Source: the human T2T-CHM13v2.0 reference genome, Homo sapiens
Assembly (NCBI RefSeq): GCF_009914755.1
Contig: NC_060927.1
Length of the DNA: 64,000 bases
Strand: one strand, 5' to 3'
The notes below the pieces were generated by a model. The model saw only the letters and a list, made by a program, of their open reading frames with translations, had not been told where the DNA came from and searched no databases. The position numbers and the translations under genes are program-made. Position 1 is the stretch's first letter. Each line of letters starts with the position of its first letter. Shown here in pieces: positions 1 to 12,142 of the stretch.

Positions 1-561
1 TATTTCACAGGACCCCTGCTAAGGTGATTTGAGGGGAAATGAGAGGAGGCTCAAATAATCACCCAGCCCCTGCCACTTACTGAAAGTGTAGGTCCTTGTG
101 CCCCACACCATCAGAGTTTCTGCGTTAGCAGATTTGTGGTTTGCCCAGCAGCCTGGGCGTGTGCATTTCTAATGGGTGCCTCAAGTGATCTGTTTCTGAT
201 TTGTATTTCTATTGTGAAGAGTCAGCCCAGTACTGCAGGCCTCTTACCTAAGCAGAATCCCAGTCTGGCATCAAAGCTTTAGAGGACAAGTTGATTCAGG
301 CAGAGAAGAACTTGGGCTATACAAGCGCTGTTCTTCAGCATTGAAGTATTTTGGAGGCATTAGATAGTTTAACCCTTTCTCAGTCAAGGAATATTTACAG
401 AACATGATCTCTGGGCATTGTAACTCCTGGTCTTAGTGGGGAATATAGGGACCCCATGTCTCCATGGGGTGCACAGAATGTCTGTGAGACTGATGGAGTG
501 GAGAACGCCATCCCCCAGCCTCTCCAGCTACTCGAGGCATTCTGTAGAACATAAGCCCATA

Positions 562-564
<3 letters not shown>

Positions 565-620
<56 letters not shown>
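565..620 (+). repeat. (TG)28 microsatellite
   Basis: Perfect dinucleotide run. Confidence 0.97.
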
Positions 621-621
<1 letters not shown>

Positions 622-823
622 ATGCGCGCGCGTGCGCACTGGAGGAACCTAAGAAACTATTTGGTGCACTTCCTCTTATTTTAGAGCTCCCAAAGTGTAG
701 CTCCAGAATCGTAAAGGGATATGCTCAGTCTCACAGCCAGCCTGTGGATCTCAGTCCCAACACTCACCCTTGTGCTACTGAGTCAGCTCTAAGAAAATCT
801 GCCAAAAGTAGGCCGAGGGCTGG

Positions 824-1040
824 TTTTTTGTTTTGTTTTGTTTGTTTGATACAGGGTCTTCACTCTGTTGCCCAGGCTGGAGTATATCATGGCTCACTGC
901 AACCTTGACTTGGGCTCAAGCGATCCGCTCAAGTAGCTGGAACTACTCTCAAGTAGCTCTCAAGAGCCTCTCGAGTGGCTGGAACTACAGGCGTGCACCA
1001 CCACAGCTGGTTAATTTTTAAAATTTTTTGTAGAGACGGT
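824..1040 (-). mobile_element. Partial Alu (AluJ-like right arm) with internal micro-duplications
   Basis: agggtcttcactctgttgcccaggctggag...gtagagacgg. Confidence 0.8.
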
Positions 1041-1879
1041 GGAGGAGGTTCTCACTGTGACTCAGTGTGTGCCCGACAGCAGAGCCCACACCACTCCAGT
1101 TGCAGTGGTTGCCATCTGGGTCATCAGACCTGGCTGTCAGGGGTGCAGCCACAGGAGAGCCAACAGCAGAGGGTGCTGGCCGCTGAGCTAGCTGCTAATG
1201 CTGGCCTGGGTGCAGTTCTCATCCAAAGTACCCGGTGGGTGGGAGTCACTCAGTACCAGTTCCGAGCCTGAACCCAAACTCTCGTGTTTCTGCTCACCCC
1301 TCTCTGGCTTCTGCCACCACATGGGAAGAATATGCCCTGGTTAGCCCATGGCTTCTGAAGAGCAAGAGAAAGTAGAGCAGAGCCTACTCCAGCCTCCCCC
1401 GTCCAATGTATGAAAGCCCCAGCTGATCTGTAAGCCTGGGAGCGTGATAAATGCTTAGTAGTGCATGCCATGGAGTTCCAGGGTGGTTTATTACACGGCA
1501 ATATCTAGCTAAATACATTTAACTTGCTGCAGCTCTCTGGATCCAGCCTGGTTACCAGGAAGACAAAAACTGGGCTCCACCAGGAACCAGTCTTCTGCCT
1601 TCCCAACCATCACCTCTGGCTGCATCAGCGATCTCTCCCAGCGAAATAGCTGCTTGGTCTTGTGTGAATCCTGTACTTTAACACAGTGGACCAAGTGTCA
1701 GTCATTGAAAATGACCATGAGTAACCCTGTGGACTCTCTGCAGCTTGGTTCCTTTGCCCCTTAACAGGTGGGTATGAATCGTGTCTTCAGTGCCAGGGCT
1801 GAATGAGAAAGGGCATTCCTTTTTGAAGGAATCTGATACTAAACACAAAGCATGAGAAAAATCAGGACTTGTTGGAGTT

Positions 1880-2128
<249 letters not shown>

Positions 2129-3179
2129 TAGAATGCCATATTTTTCTTAGATCATAGGGCCTTTCACATTTGTAATTTGGCCTTGTATGAGTTACCCTGC
2201 AATCCCTTTGTTTTCCCCATAACCCTTCCAAAGGAAGGCCGCAATAGAAATACAAAGAGAAACAAAATAATTAGAATATTTTTTAACTTCTAAAGTTCAA
2301 GGTTTTGGCATAAGTCTGGTTTAGAAGCACATTTGCCTAGCCCTTTCCTTCCCACCAAGGGGGAAAGTCTTCCTCTAGACAAGAGGCAGAGGGCTCCTCA
2401 GAGTCAGATCCTGGTGTGGGCTCTCACGTGCTGCTGCTGAATCCCAGGGAAGGAGGGAGGAAGGGCAGTTGACACCCAAAATAAGGGTGGGGAACTGTCA
2501 GCAGAGGAGGTCTGTGTCATGTTTTTCAGCGCTGGGGTTGGGGGGAGCCCAGGAGAGCAGGAAGATCCAGAGATCCCTCGCCCCAGCTCGGCCATGTGTG
2601 TCTGGGACAGAGCCTGAGGTGGCCTGAGCTTCCTGTGGCTCCAGAGTAACATTATAGAGAAGCTGAATTCTCCTGTTTTTCTGAAAAGGGCATGGGAGTT
2701 AGCTGAGAAGCAGACCTGGTGGGCCTGAGAGTCTCAATCGTCAGGTAAGGACAGTCAGTGGGAAGTGGACGGGCCGCACAACCAAGGTTCTCATGAGGAC
2801 AACCATGTCTTCGGGGGTGCCCTTGTGCACAGACAGCTCCATAGTCCTGCCTCCAATGTCCCAACACTGCATTGTCTCCCTGCACTTAGCAGCCCTGCAG
2901 GGTGAGACTTGGGGAGGATCCTGAAATGATTGTATTTAACAAGACATGCTGTCCTTGTTTACCTGGAACCTAGCAATGTTGTTTTCTGCCACAACTTGAA
3001 TAGATACTTGAAGCAGAGATGATGTTGAGTTAAAAAAAATATATACATAAAAATATGGGTTCTTTTCAACCTGAATAGATGGCCTAAAAATTCAAACTTG
3101 CCTCATGGCATTTGTTCAAGGAAAACCGGTATAGGTAGTCTTTGACCTCCTTTCCTCCCTTATCCTTTGTTCTTCCTTC

Positions 3180-3197
3180 TGAGGACTAAACTCTGAT

Positions 3198-3232
<35 letters not shown>

Positions 3233-5994
3233 TTGATCATTCTTGGGTGTTTCTCGCAGAGGGGGATTTGGCAGGGTCACAGGACAATAGTGGAGGGAAG
3301 GTCAGCAGATAAACAAGTGAACAAAGGTCTCTGGTTTTCCTAGGCAGAGGACCCTGCGGCCTTCCGCAGTGTTTGTGTCCCTGGGTACTTGAGATTAGGG
3401 AGTGGTGATGACTCTTAACGAGCATGCTGCCTTCAAGCGTCTGTTTAACAAAGCACATCTTGCACCGCCCTTAATCCATTTAACCCTGAGTGGACACAGC
3501 ACATGTTTCAGAGAGCACAGGGTTGGGGGTAAGGTCACAGATCAACAGGATCCCAAGGCAGAAGAATTTTTCTTAGTACAGAACAAAATGAAAAGTCTCC
3601 CATGTCTACCTCTTTCTACACAGACACGGCAACCATCCGATTTCTCAATCTTTTCCCCACGTTTCCCCCCTTTCTATTCCACAAAATTGCCATTGTCATC
3701 ATGGCCCGTTCTCAATGAGCTGTTGGATACACCTCCCAGACGGGGTGGTGGCCGGGCAGAGGGGCTCCTCACTTCCCAGTAGGGGCGGCCGGGTAGAGGC
3801 GCCCCTCACCTCCCGGATGGGGTGGTTGGCCGGGCGGGGGGCTGACCCCCCCTCCCTCCGGGACGGGGCGGCTGGCCAGGCGGGGGGCTGACCCCCCCCC
3901 ACCTCCCGGACAGGGCGGCTGGCCGGACGGGGCGGCTGGCCGGGCAGAGGGGCTCCTCACTTCCCAGTAGGGGCGGCCAGGCAGAGGCGCCCCTCACCTC
4001 CCGGATGGGGCGGCTGGCCCGGCGGGGGGCTGACCCCCCCACCTCCCTCCCGGATGGGGCAGCTGGCCAGGCGGGGGGCTGACCCCCCCCCACCTCCCTC
4101 CCAGACGGGGCAGCTGGCCGGGCAGAGGGGCTCCTCACTTCCCAGTAGGGGCGGCCGGGCAGAGGCGCCCCTCACCTCCCGGATGGGGCGGCTGGCCGGG
4201 CGGGGGGCTGACCCCCCCCACCTCCCTCCCAGACGGGGCGGCTGGCCGGGCGGGGGGCTGACCCCCCCACCTCCCTCCCGGACGGGGCGGCTGGCCGGGC
4301 AGAGGGGCTCCTCACTTCCCAGTAGGGGCGGCTGGGCAGAGGCGCCCCTCACCTCCCGGATGGGGCGGCTGGCCGGGCGGGGGGCTGACCCCCCCACCTC
4401 CCTCCCGGATGGGGTGGCTGCCGGGCGGAGACGCTCCTCACTTCCCAGACGGGGTGGCTGCCGGGCGGAGGGGCTCCTCACTTCTCAGACGGGGCGGCTG
4501 CTGGGCGGAGGGGCTCCTCACTTCTCAGACAGGGCGGTTGCCAGGCAGAGGGTCTCCTCACTTAGACGGGGCGGCCGGGCAGAGACGCTCCTCACTTCCT
4601 AGATGGGATGGCGGCTGGGAAGAGGCGCTCCTCACTTCCTAGATGGGGTGGCGGCTGGGCAGAGACGCTCCTCACTTTCCAGACTGGGCAGCCAGGCAGA
4701 GGGGCTCCTCACATCCCAGACGATGGGCGGCCAGGCAGAGACGCTCCTCACTTCCCAGACGGGGTGGCGGCGGGGCAGAGGCTGCACTCTCGGCACTTTG
4801 GGAGGCCAAGGCAGGCTGCTGGGAGGTGGATGTTGTAGCGAGCCGAGATCACGCCACTGCACTCCAGCCTGGGCACCATTGAGCACTGAGTGAAGGAGAC
4901 TCCGTCTGCAATCCCAGCACCTCGGGAGGCCGAGGCTGGCGGATCACTCACGGTTAGGAGCTGGAGACCAGCCCGGCCAACACAGCGAAACCCCGTCTCC
5001 ACCCAAAAAATACGAAAACCAGTCAGGCGTGGCGGTGCGCGCCTGCAATTGCAGGCACTAGGCAGGCTGAGGCAGGAGAATCAGGCAGGGAGGTTGCAAT
5101 GAGCCGAGATGGCAGCAGTACAGTCCAGCTTCGGCTCGGCATCAGAGGGAGACCGTGGAAAGAGGGGAGAGGGAGAGGGACAGGGAGAGTGAGAGGGAGA
5201 GGGAAAGGGAGAGGATTTTTTTTTTTTTAAATCTTGCCCACATTCCTATCTAAGGGGTCTGGGGAGTCATGCCCTACAAGTCATAAATTTTTATCAGATG
5301 GGTTTTATTTAACCCTACATATCATGACTTATTTTCCAGCCTCACTCTGGTATAACCTTATGAGACAAGGAAGAAAATCAAAATATTTTACCCCCAAATA
5401 TGTTTATTTGCCATATTTTGAAATGGCCCTGCAAAGCTGTTCTTTGTGGGGGGAAATTAGCATCTGTAAGGAATCTCTATTAACATAGCTAGATCTTTAT
5501 CTTACAGACTCTCCCAATCCTAAAGATACTAACTAAGATCTGAATAGGAAACATTGGTCATCTATTGTCTCTAAGGGCAGCCACTTATAAGACTTTTGTC
5601 TCCGCAATCTTAACCTGAACATTCCCTTTCTATCAATCCCAGGTCTTTAGACAAACTCAACCAGTTGTCAACCAGAAAATGTTTGAATTAACCTATAGCC
5701 TGGAAGCCCCACCTCACCCTTCCCCCCCCCGCGCCCCCCCGCCCCGCCACCCTGCCACCCTGCCCCTGGTTTTGAGTTGTTCTGCCTTTCAGGACCAAAC
5801 CAATGCATTTCTTAAATGCATTTGATTGATGTCTCATGCCTGTCTAAAATGTATAAAACCAAGCTGTACCCTGACCACCTTGGGCACATGTTCTTGGGAC
5901 CTCCTGAGGGCTGTGTCATGGGCCATGGTCACTCATATTTGGCTCAAAATAAATCTCTTCAAATATTTACAGAGTTCCACTATTTCTGTTGACA
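3180..5994 (+). mobile_element. MER4-group (ERV1) solo LTR, interrupted near its 5' end by an SVA
   Basis: TG...CA termini; 4-bp TSD CTTC at 3176-3179 and 5995-5998; LTR body ~5215-5994 with TATAAAA and AATAAA. Confidence 0.8.
3197..5213 (-). mobile_element. Essentially full-length SVA retrotransposon (probably SVA_D-like)
   Basis: All domains in order on minus strand: degenerate CCCTCT hexamers (~5160-5213), Alu-like (~4785-5155), GC-rich VNTR (~3735-4785), SINE-R (~3234-3735), (TAAA)n tail (~3197-3233). Confidence 0.96.
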
Positions 5995-6410
5995 CTTCCC
6001 TCACTCCCACCATCTTGCTGCCCTCTGACTTCCCCAAGCGCCTGTGCTCTCTTCTTGGGCTATAGCATTACCTCTTCCTCACTTCTATTGCCTTCTTCCC
6101 CTCTTCAACTCCAGTGCCATCCAATGGGGGATGTCTCCCAACTGAAATCACGCCTACAGTCCTTGTGGCTTGAGCTGAAAAGAGACCCTAAGAAAAGGTG
6201 CTGAGTGGGAGGGAAACCCAAGTATCCCTGGCTTCCCATCCTCCTGGGTCCTTAAGGTGCAGTGCAGCTCATCACCCACGTTTTCTAAAAAAATTTTTTA
6301 TGATCATGTGTCAGGACATGAATGCCAACCAGTGCATGTCAGCTCATACCTGGGGCCTCCCTGATATGAAATCCTGCCAGGCCAACCTGTTGTGTCTCCC
6401 TAATGGAAAG

Positions 6411-6844
6411 TTTCACTGGAGTCCATGTGAAGAGACCACCAAACAGGCTTTGTGTGAGCAACACGGCTGTTTATTTCACCTGGGTGCAGGCGGGCTGAGT
6501 CCGAAAAGAGAGTCAGCGAAGGGAGATAGGGGTGCGGCCGTTTTATAGGATTTGGGAAGGTAATGGAAAATTACAGTCAAAGGGGGTTGTTCTCTGGTGG
6601 GCAGGGGCGGGGGTCACAAGGTGCTCAGTGGGGGAGCTTCTGAGCCAGGAGAAGGAAATTCACAGGGTTAATCACTCCATTAAGGTGGGGCAGGAACAAA
6701 TCACAATGGTGGAATGTCATCAGTTAAGGCGGGACAGGGCCTTTTCACTTCTTTTGTGATTCTTCAGTTACTTCAGGCCATCTGGGCATATTCGTGTAAG
6801 TCACAGGGGATGCGATGGCTTGGCTTGGGCTCAGAGGCCTGACA
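6411..6844 (-). promoter_or_regulatory. HERV-H 3' LTR (LTR7 family), 434 bp
   Basis: Close copy of the 5' LTR; AATAAA at 6470-6475 (minus); preceded by PPT AAGAAGGCAGGAA. Confidence 0.93.
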
Positions 6845-7815
6845 TTCCTGCCTTCTTATATTAATAAGAAAAATAAAATAGTGTTGAAGTGTTGGGGTGG
6901 CGAAAATTTTTGGGGGGTGGTGTGGAGAGAGAATGGGCGATGTTTCTCAGGGCTGCTTCAAACGGGATTAGGGGCGGTGTGGGAACCTAGAGTGGGAGAG
7001 ATTAAGCTGAAAGGAGATCCTGTGGTAAGGGGTGATATTGTGGGGTTGTTAGAAGAAACATTTGTCGTATAGAATGATTGGTGATGGCCTGGATACGGTT
7101 TTGTATGAATTGAAAAACTAAATGGAATAAGAAGGAGAAAAACAGGTATAAAAGGTCTAAGAATTAGGAGGACCTAGGACATCTGATTAGAGTGTGCCTA
7201 AGGAGATTCAGCATAGTCCTGCCAGCAAAGATTATTTATTTACTTCAAGAGTTAAGAGTGGCGGTTTGGGGATAGCACCAGGAGATATCAGCTGTGATGG
7301 CTTGGAGAAACAGTGTAAACTGGCAGTGTAAACAAGAGCAGGGCATGTATGAGTAGTTGAGAACGGAGAATAGGAATATGACTAGACAGAAAATAGTAGG
7401 GATGACAAGTTTTTTTGGGGGCACAGTCTAAGTTGGTCCGGTGTCTGGAATGAGACTGGGGCCTAATAAAAAGGAGCATCTATACAGGAGCTTAAATGGG
7501 CTGTACCTTGTAGCATTCTGAGGACAGGCCTGAATTCTGAGAAGTGAAAGTGGTAAAAGTATTGTCCAGTCGTTTTTAAGTTGGTGGGTGAGCTTGGTGA
7601 GGTGTGTTTTTAAAAGACCTTTAGTCTGTTCTACTTTTCTTGAAGATGGAGGACCGGAAAGGATATAAAGGTTTCACTGAATACTAAGAGCCTGAAAAAC
7701 TAATTGGCTGATTTGACTAATGAAGGCTGGTCTGCTGTCAGACTGTATAGAGGTGGGAAGGCTAAACTGAGGAATTATGTCTGACAGAAGGGAAGAAATG
7801 ACTGTGGTGGCCTTC

Positions 7816-9591
7816 TCAGACCCTGTAGGAAAGGCCTGTACCTATCCAGTGAAAGTGTCTACCTAGACTAAGGTATTTTAATTTCCTGACTCGGGGCATG
7901 TTGAGTAAAGCTAATTTGCCAGTCCTGGGTGGGGGCAAATCCTCGAGCTTGATGTGTAGGGAAGGGAGGGGGCCTGAATAATCCCTGAGGAGTAGTAGAA
8001 TAGCAGATGGAACACTGAAGTTATTTCCTTGAGGATAGATTTCCACGATGGAAAGGAAATGAGAGGTTCTAAGAGGCGGGCTAGTGGCTTGTACTATAGC
8101 ATAGCCTGCCTTTGCTGGTGTGTGGCGATTAGGCCTGGTGGAACTGCCGTCAATAAATCAAGCGTGATCAGGGTGAGGAACAGGAAAGAAGGAAATATGG
8201 GGAAATGGGGTGAATATCAGGTGGATCAGAGAGATACAGTCATGGGGGTCAGGTGTGGTATCAGGAATAATGTGGGAGGCCGGATTGAAGTCCGGGCCAG
8301 GAACAATGGTAATTGTGGGACTTAACAAAGAGTGAGTACAGCTGAAGGAGCCGGGAGCAGAAAGTATATGTGTCAGGTGTGAGGAAGAAAATAGATTTTG
8401 GAAGTTATGAGAAATGTAGAGAGTGAGTTGAGCATAGTTTGCGATTTTTAGGGCCTCTAAAAGTATTAAAGCAGCGGCAGCCACTACACGCAGACATGAG
8501 GGCTAGGCTAAAACAGTAAGGTCAAGTTGTTTGGACAGAAAGGCTACAGGGTGCAGTCTTGGCTCTTGTGTAAGAATTCTGACCGCACTAAGCATGCCTA
8601 GGAAGGAAAGGAGTTGTTGTTTTGTAAGGGATTGAGGTTTGGGAGATTAATCAGACACGATCAGCAGGGAAAGCACGTGTGTTTTTATGAGAATTATGCC
8701 GAGATAGGTAACAGATGAGGATGAAATTTGGGCTTGCCTGAAGTAATGGGGGCTGTCTGTGAAGCCTTGCGGCAGTACAGCCCAGGTAATTTGCTGAGCC
8801 TAATGGGTGTCAGGGTCAGTCTAAGTGAAGGCAAAGAGAGGCTGGGATGAAGGGTGCAAAGGAATAGTAAAGAAAGCATGTTTGAGATCCAGAACAGAAT
8901 AATGGGTAGTAGAGGAAGGTATTGAGGATAGGAGAGCATATGGGTTTGGCACCATGGGGTGGATAGGCAAAACAATTTGGTTGATAAGGCACAGATTCTG
9001 AACTAACTTGTAAGCCTTGTCTGGTTTTAGGACAGGTAAAATGGGGGAATGGTAAGGAGAGTTTATAGGCTTTAAAAGGCCATGCCGTAGCAGGCGAGTG
9101 TTAACAGGCTTTAATCCTTTCAAAGCGTGCTGTGGGATGGGATATTGGCGTTGAGCGGGGTAAGGGTGATTAGGTTTTAATGAGATGGTAAGGGGCATGT
9201 GATCGGTTGCCAGGGAAGGAGTAGAGATGTCCTATACTTGTGGGTTAAGGTGGGGGGATATGAGAGGAAGACTCGAAGGAGGCTTTGGGTTGGGGAGAAG
9301 GGCGGCAATGAGATGTGGCTGTAGTCCAGGAATAGTCAGGGAAGCAGATAATTTGGTTAAAATATCTCGGCCTAATAAGGGAACTGGGCAGGTGGAGATA
9401 ACTAAAAAAGAGTGCATAAAAGAGTGTTGTCTAAATTGGCACCAGAGTTGGGGAGTTTTAAGAGGTTTAGAAGCCTGGCTGTCAATACCCACAACAGTTA
9501 TGGAGACAAGGGAAACAGGCCCTTGAAAAGAAGGTAATGTGGAGTGGGTAGCCTCCATATTGATTAAGAAGGGGACGGACTTACCCTCCAC
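7816..9591 (-). pseudogene. Disrupted HERV-H pro-pol (protease, RT N-terminus, RNase H/integrase remnants)
   Basis: ORF 9232..9591 protease-like (FLINMEAT; PLLGRDIL); ORF 8821..9198 RT motifs (SPYHSPILPVLKP, LDLKHAFF); broken by stops and deletions. Confidence 0.88.
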
Positions 9592-11577
9592 TGTGAGAGT
9601 TACCTAAAGCTCGGCGTCCGTGATGGTCTACGGGGCTTCTGAGGCAATCAGGCAGCATCAGTCTTCAGCCGGTAAGCCAAGAAGGAGTCAGTCAGAGAAC
9701 CTTGGGCCAGAGTTCCAGAGGCTCTGGGAGTGGCTGCCAGGTGAGTTGAACAGTCCGATTTTCAGTGGGGTCCCACACAGATGGGACGAGGCTTAGGAGG
9801 AATCCCGGGCTGCGGGCATTCCTTGGCCCAGTGGCCAGATTTCTGGTACGTGTAGCAAGCTCCTGGGGGAGGAGGTTCTGGAGGAACGCCTGGCTGCTAC
9901 GGTTCAGGCGTTTGGAAGTTCTTTTGTGCTGGAGATGTGGCTGGGGTTTGTCTCACAGTGGAGGCAAGGAATTGCAACTTTTTTCTGTTATTGCACACCT
10001 TGAAGATGAGGCTAATTAAGTCCTGTTGTGGGGTTTGAGGGCCGGAATTTAATTTTTGGAGTTTTATTTAATGTTGGGAGCAGATTGGGTAATACAATGT
10101 ATATTGAGAATAAGGCGGCCTTTTGACCTTTTAGGGTCTAGGGCTGTAAAGCATCTCAGGGTTGCTGCCAAACGAGCCATGAACTGGGCTGGATTTGTAT
10201 ATTTGATGAAAAAGAGCCTAAACGCTGTCTGATTTGGGATAAAGAAAAAGGAGCATTAACCTTGACTATGCCTTCAGCTCCAGCCACCTTTTTAAGAGTA
10301 AATTGCTGGGCAGGTGGGGGAGGGCTAGTCACGGAATGAAACTGTAAGCCGGACCAGGTGTGAGGAGGGGAGGCGATAAAAAGATTATAGGGTGGAGGAG
10401 CGGAGGCTGAGGAAGAATTGGGGCCTAGCTTGGGCTGGCGAGGAGGGGAGAGGTCAGATGGGTCTGTAGAAAAGGAAGATTAGAAAGACTCAGCGACGCT
10501 TGGGGTTGGGACTGAGGGGACAGGCGGGAGGGAAAGAAGGAAGATTTGGGACGAGTTGCACTGGGCACAGAGACTAGGAAGGGACTGATGTGTAAAAGAA
10601 TGCCTGGACGTCAGGCATCTCAGACCATATGCCCATTTTACGACAAGAACTATTTAGATCTTGTAGGATGGAAAAATTGAAAGTGCCATTTTCTGGCTAT
10701 TTGGAACTACTGTCGAGTTTGTATTGGGGTCAAGCGGCATTGCAGAAGAAAATAAGGCATTTAGGTTTTAGGTCAGGTGTGAGTTGAAGAGGTTTTAAGG
10801 TTTTGAGAACACAGGCTAAGGGAGAAGAAGGAGGAATGGAAGGTGGAAGCTTACCTATAGTGAAGAGGCAAGCCCAGAGAAAAGAGTAGAGACACGGAGA
10901 AGGGGTGGGGGGTTCTTGCCCTCCAGAAGCAGAGAAGGGGTTGGGGCACGGAAATAAGGGATTGGGGCACAGAGATAAGAGGTCAGGGTGCAGAAATAAG
11001 GGATTGGGGCACAGAGATAAGAGGTTGGGGTGCGGAAATAAGCGATTGGGGGGTTCTTACCCCCTAGGAAAGCGGGACTTGCCGCTAAGGATGAAGGGGA
11101 AGGGGTTGAGGGGTACTTGCCCCTGCCCCAGAAAAGCGGGACTTGCCACTAAGGGTGAAGGACCAAGGCAGGCGTCCCTGCGTGGTCTGACACACTTGAA
11201 ACGTGAGTGTATAATCAGAGAGCGTCCCTGCAGTGATTAAACACCAAGGGAAGGCTGCCTTCCCAGTCCATGACCGGTGCCGGAGTTTTGGGTCCACGGA
11301 TAAAACCTGTCTCCTTTGTCTCTACCAGAAAATGAAAGGAATTGAAATTAAGAGAAGGGAGAGATTGAAGTGTGCCGCCAAGATTGAAAGGAGAAAGAGG
11401 TTGAGGGATAGTGAGGGAGGTTGGAGGAGAGAGTAAAAAGTGGCCGCTTAGCGGATTTGAAATTGGTGAGATGTTTCCTGGGCTGGTCGGTCTGAGGACC
11501 TGAGGTCGTAGGTGGATCTTTTTCACGGAGCAAAGAACAGGAGGACAGGGGATTGATCTCCCAAGGGAGGTCCCCCG

Positions 11578-11595
11578 ATCCGAGTCACGGCACCA
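11578..11595 (-). other. Primer-binding site complementary to tRNA-His 3' end
   Basis: TGGTGCCGTGACTCGGAT, 2 nt inside the 5' LTR boundary. Confidence 0.93.
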
Positions 11596-11597
11596 AA

Positions 11598-12026
11598 TTT
11601 CACTCGAGTCCATGTGAAGAGACAACCAGACAGGCTTTGTGTGAGCAACATGGCTGTTTATTTCACTTGGGTGCAGGCGGGCTGAGTCCGAAAAGAGAGT
11701 CAGCGAAGGGAGATGCGGCCGTTTTATAGGATTTGGGAAGGTAATGGAAAATTACAGTCAAAGGGGGTTGTTCTCTGGTGGGCAGGGGCGGGGTTCACAA
11801 GGTGCTCAGTAGGGGAGCTTCTGAGCCAGGAGAAGGAAATTCACAGGGTTAATCACTCAGTTAAGATGGGGCAGGAACAAATTACAATGGTGGAATGTCA
11901 TCAGTTAAGGCGGGGCAGGGCCTTTTCACTTCTTTTGTGATTCTTCAGTTACTTCAGGCCATCTGGGCGTATACGTGCAAGTCACAAGGGGATGCGATGG
12001 CTTGGCTTGGGCTCAGAGGCCTGACA
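11598..12026 (-). promoter_or_regulatory. HERV-H 5' LTR (LTR7 family, possibly LTR7Y/type Ia), 429 bp
   Basis: Starts TGTCAGGCCTCTGAGCCCAAG on minus strand; TATAAAA at ~11722-11728; abuts the PBS. Confidence 0.93.
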
Positions 12027-12142
12027 GAAAGGAGTCTTTGAAGGATTGAACTTCTGTGCGAGGAAACATGACATTTGTGTCAGTTGTCATCTTCCTTCAT
12101 TTAAAAAAATAGAACAGTTCCTGGGGTTTTTGTTAACGTGTG

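Larger units (their letters stand above)
6411..12026 (-). mobile_element. HERV-H provirus, two LTRs, internally deleted form (5.6 kb)
   Basis: 5-bp TSD GAAAG (6406-6410, 12027-12031); His-tRNA PBS; polypurine tract next to the 3' LTR; gag/pro/pol remnants. Confidence 0.97.

Noticed and set aside
3402-5102. Many overlapping ORFs up to 182 aa
   Set aside because: Products of the stop-poor GC-rich SVA VNTR and SINE-R; no independent gene structure
7816-9591. Functional reverse transcriptase or protease
   Set aside because: Catalytic Asp motifs are degenerate (INMEAT, LDLKH), RT stops before the YxDD region, frames are broken; no env ORF
11578-11595. tRNA-His gene
   Set aside because: Only the 18-nt complement of the tRNA 3' end (retroviral PBS); no cloverleaf
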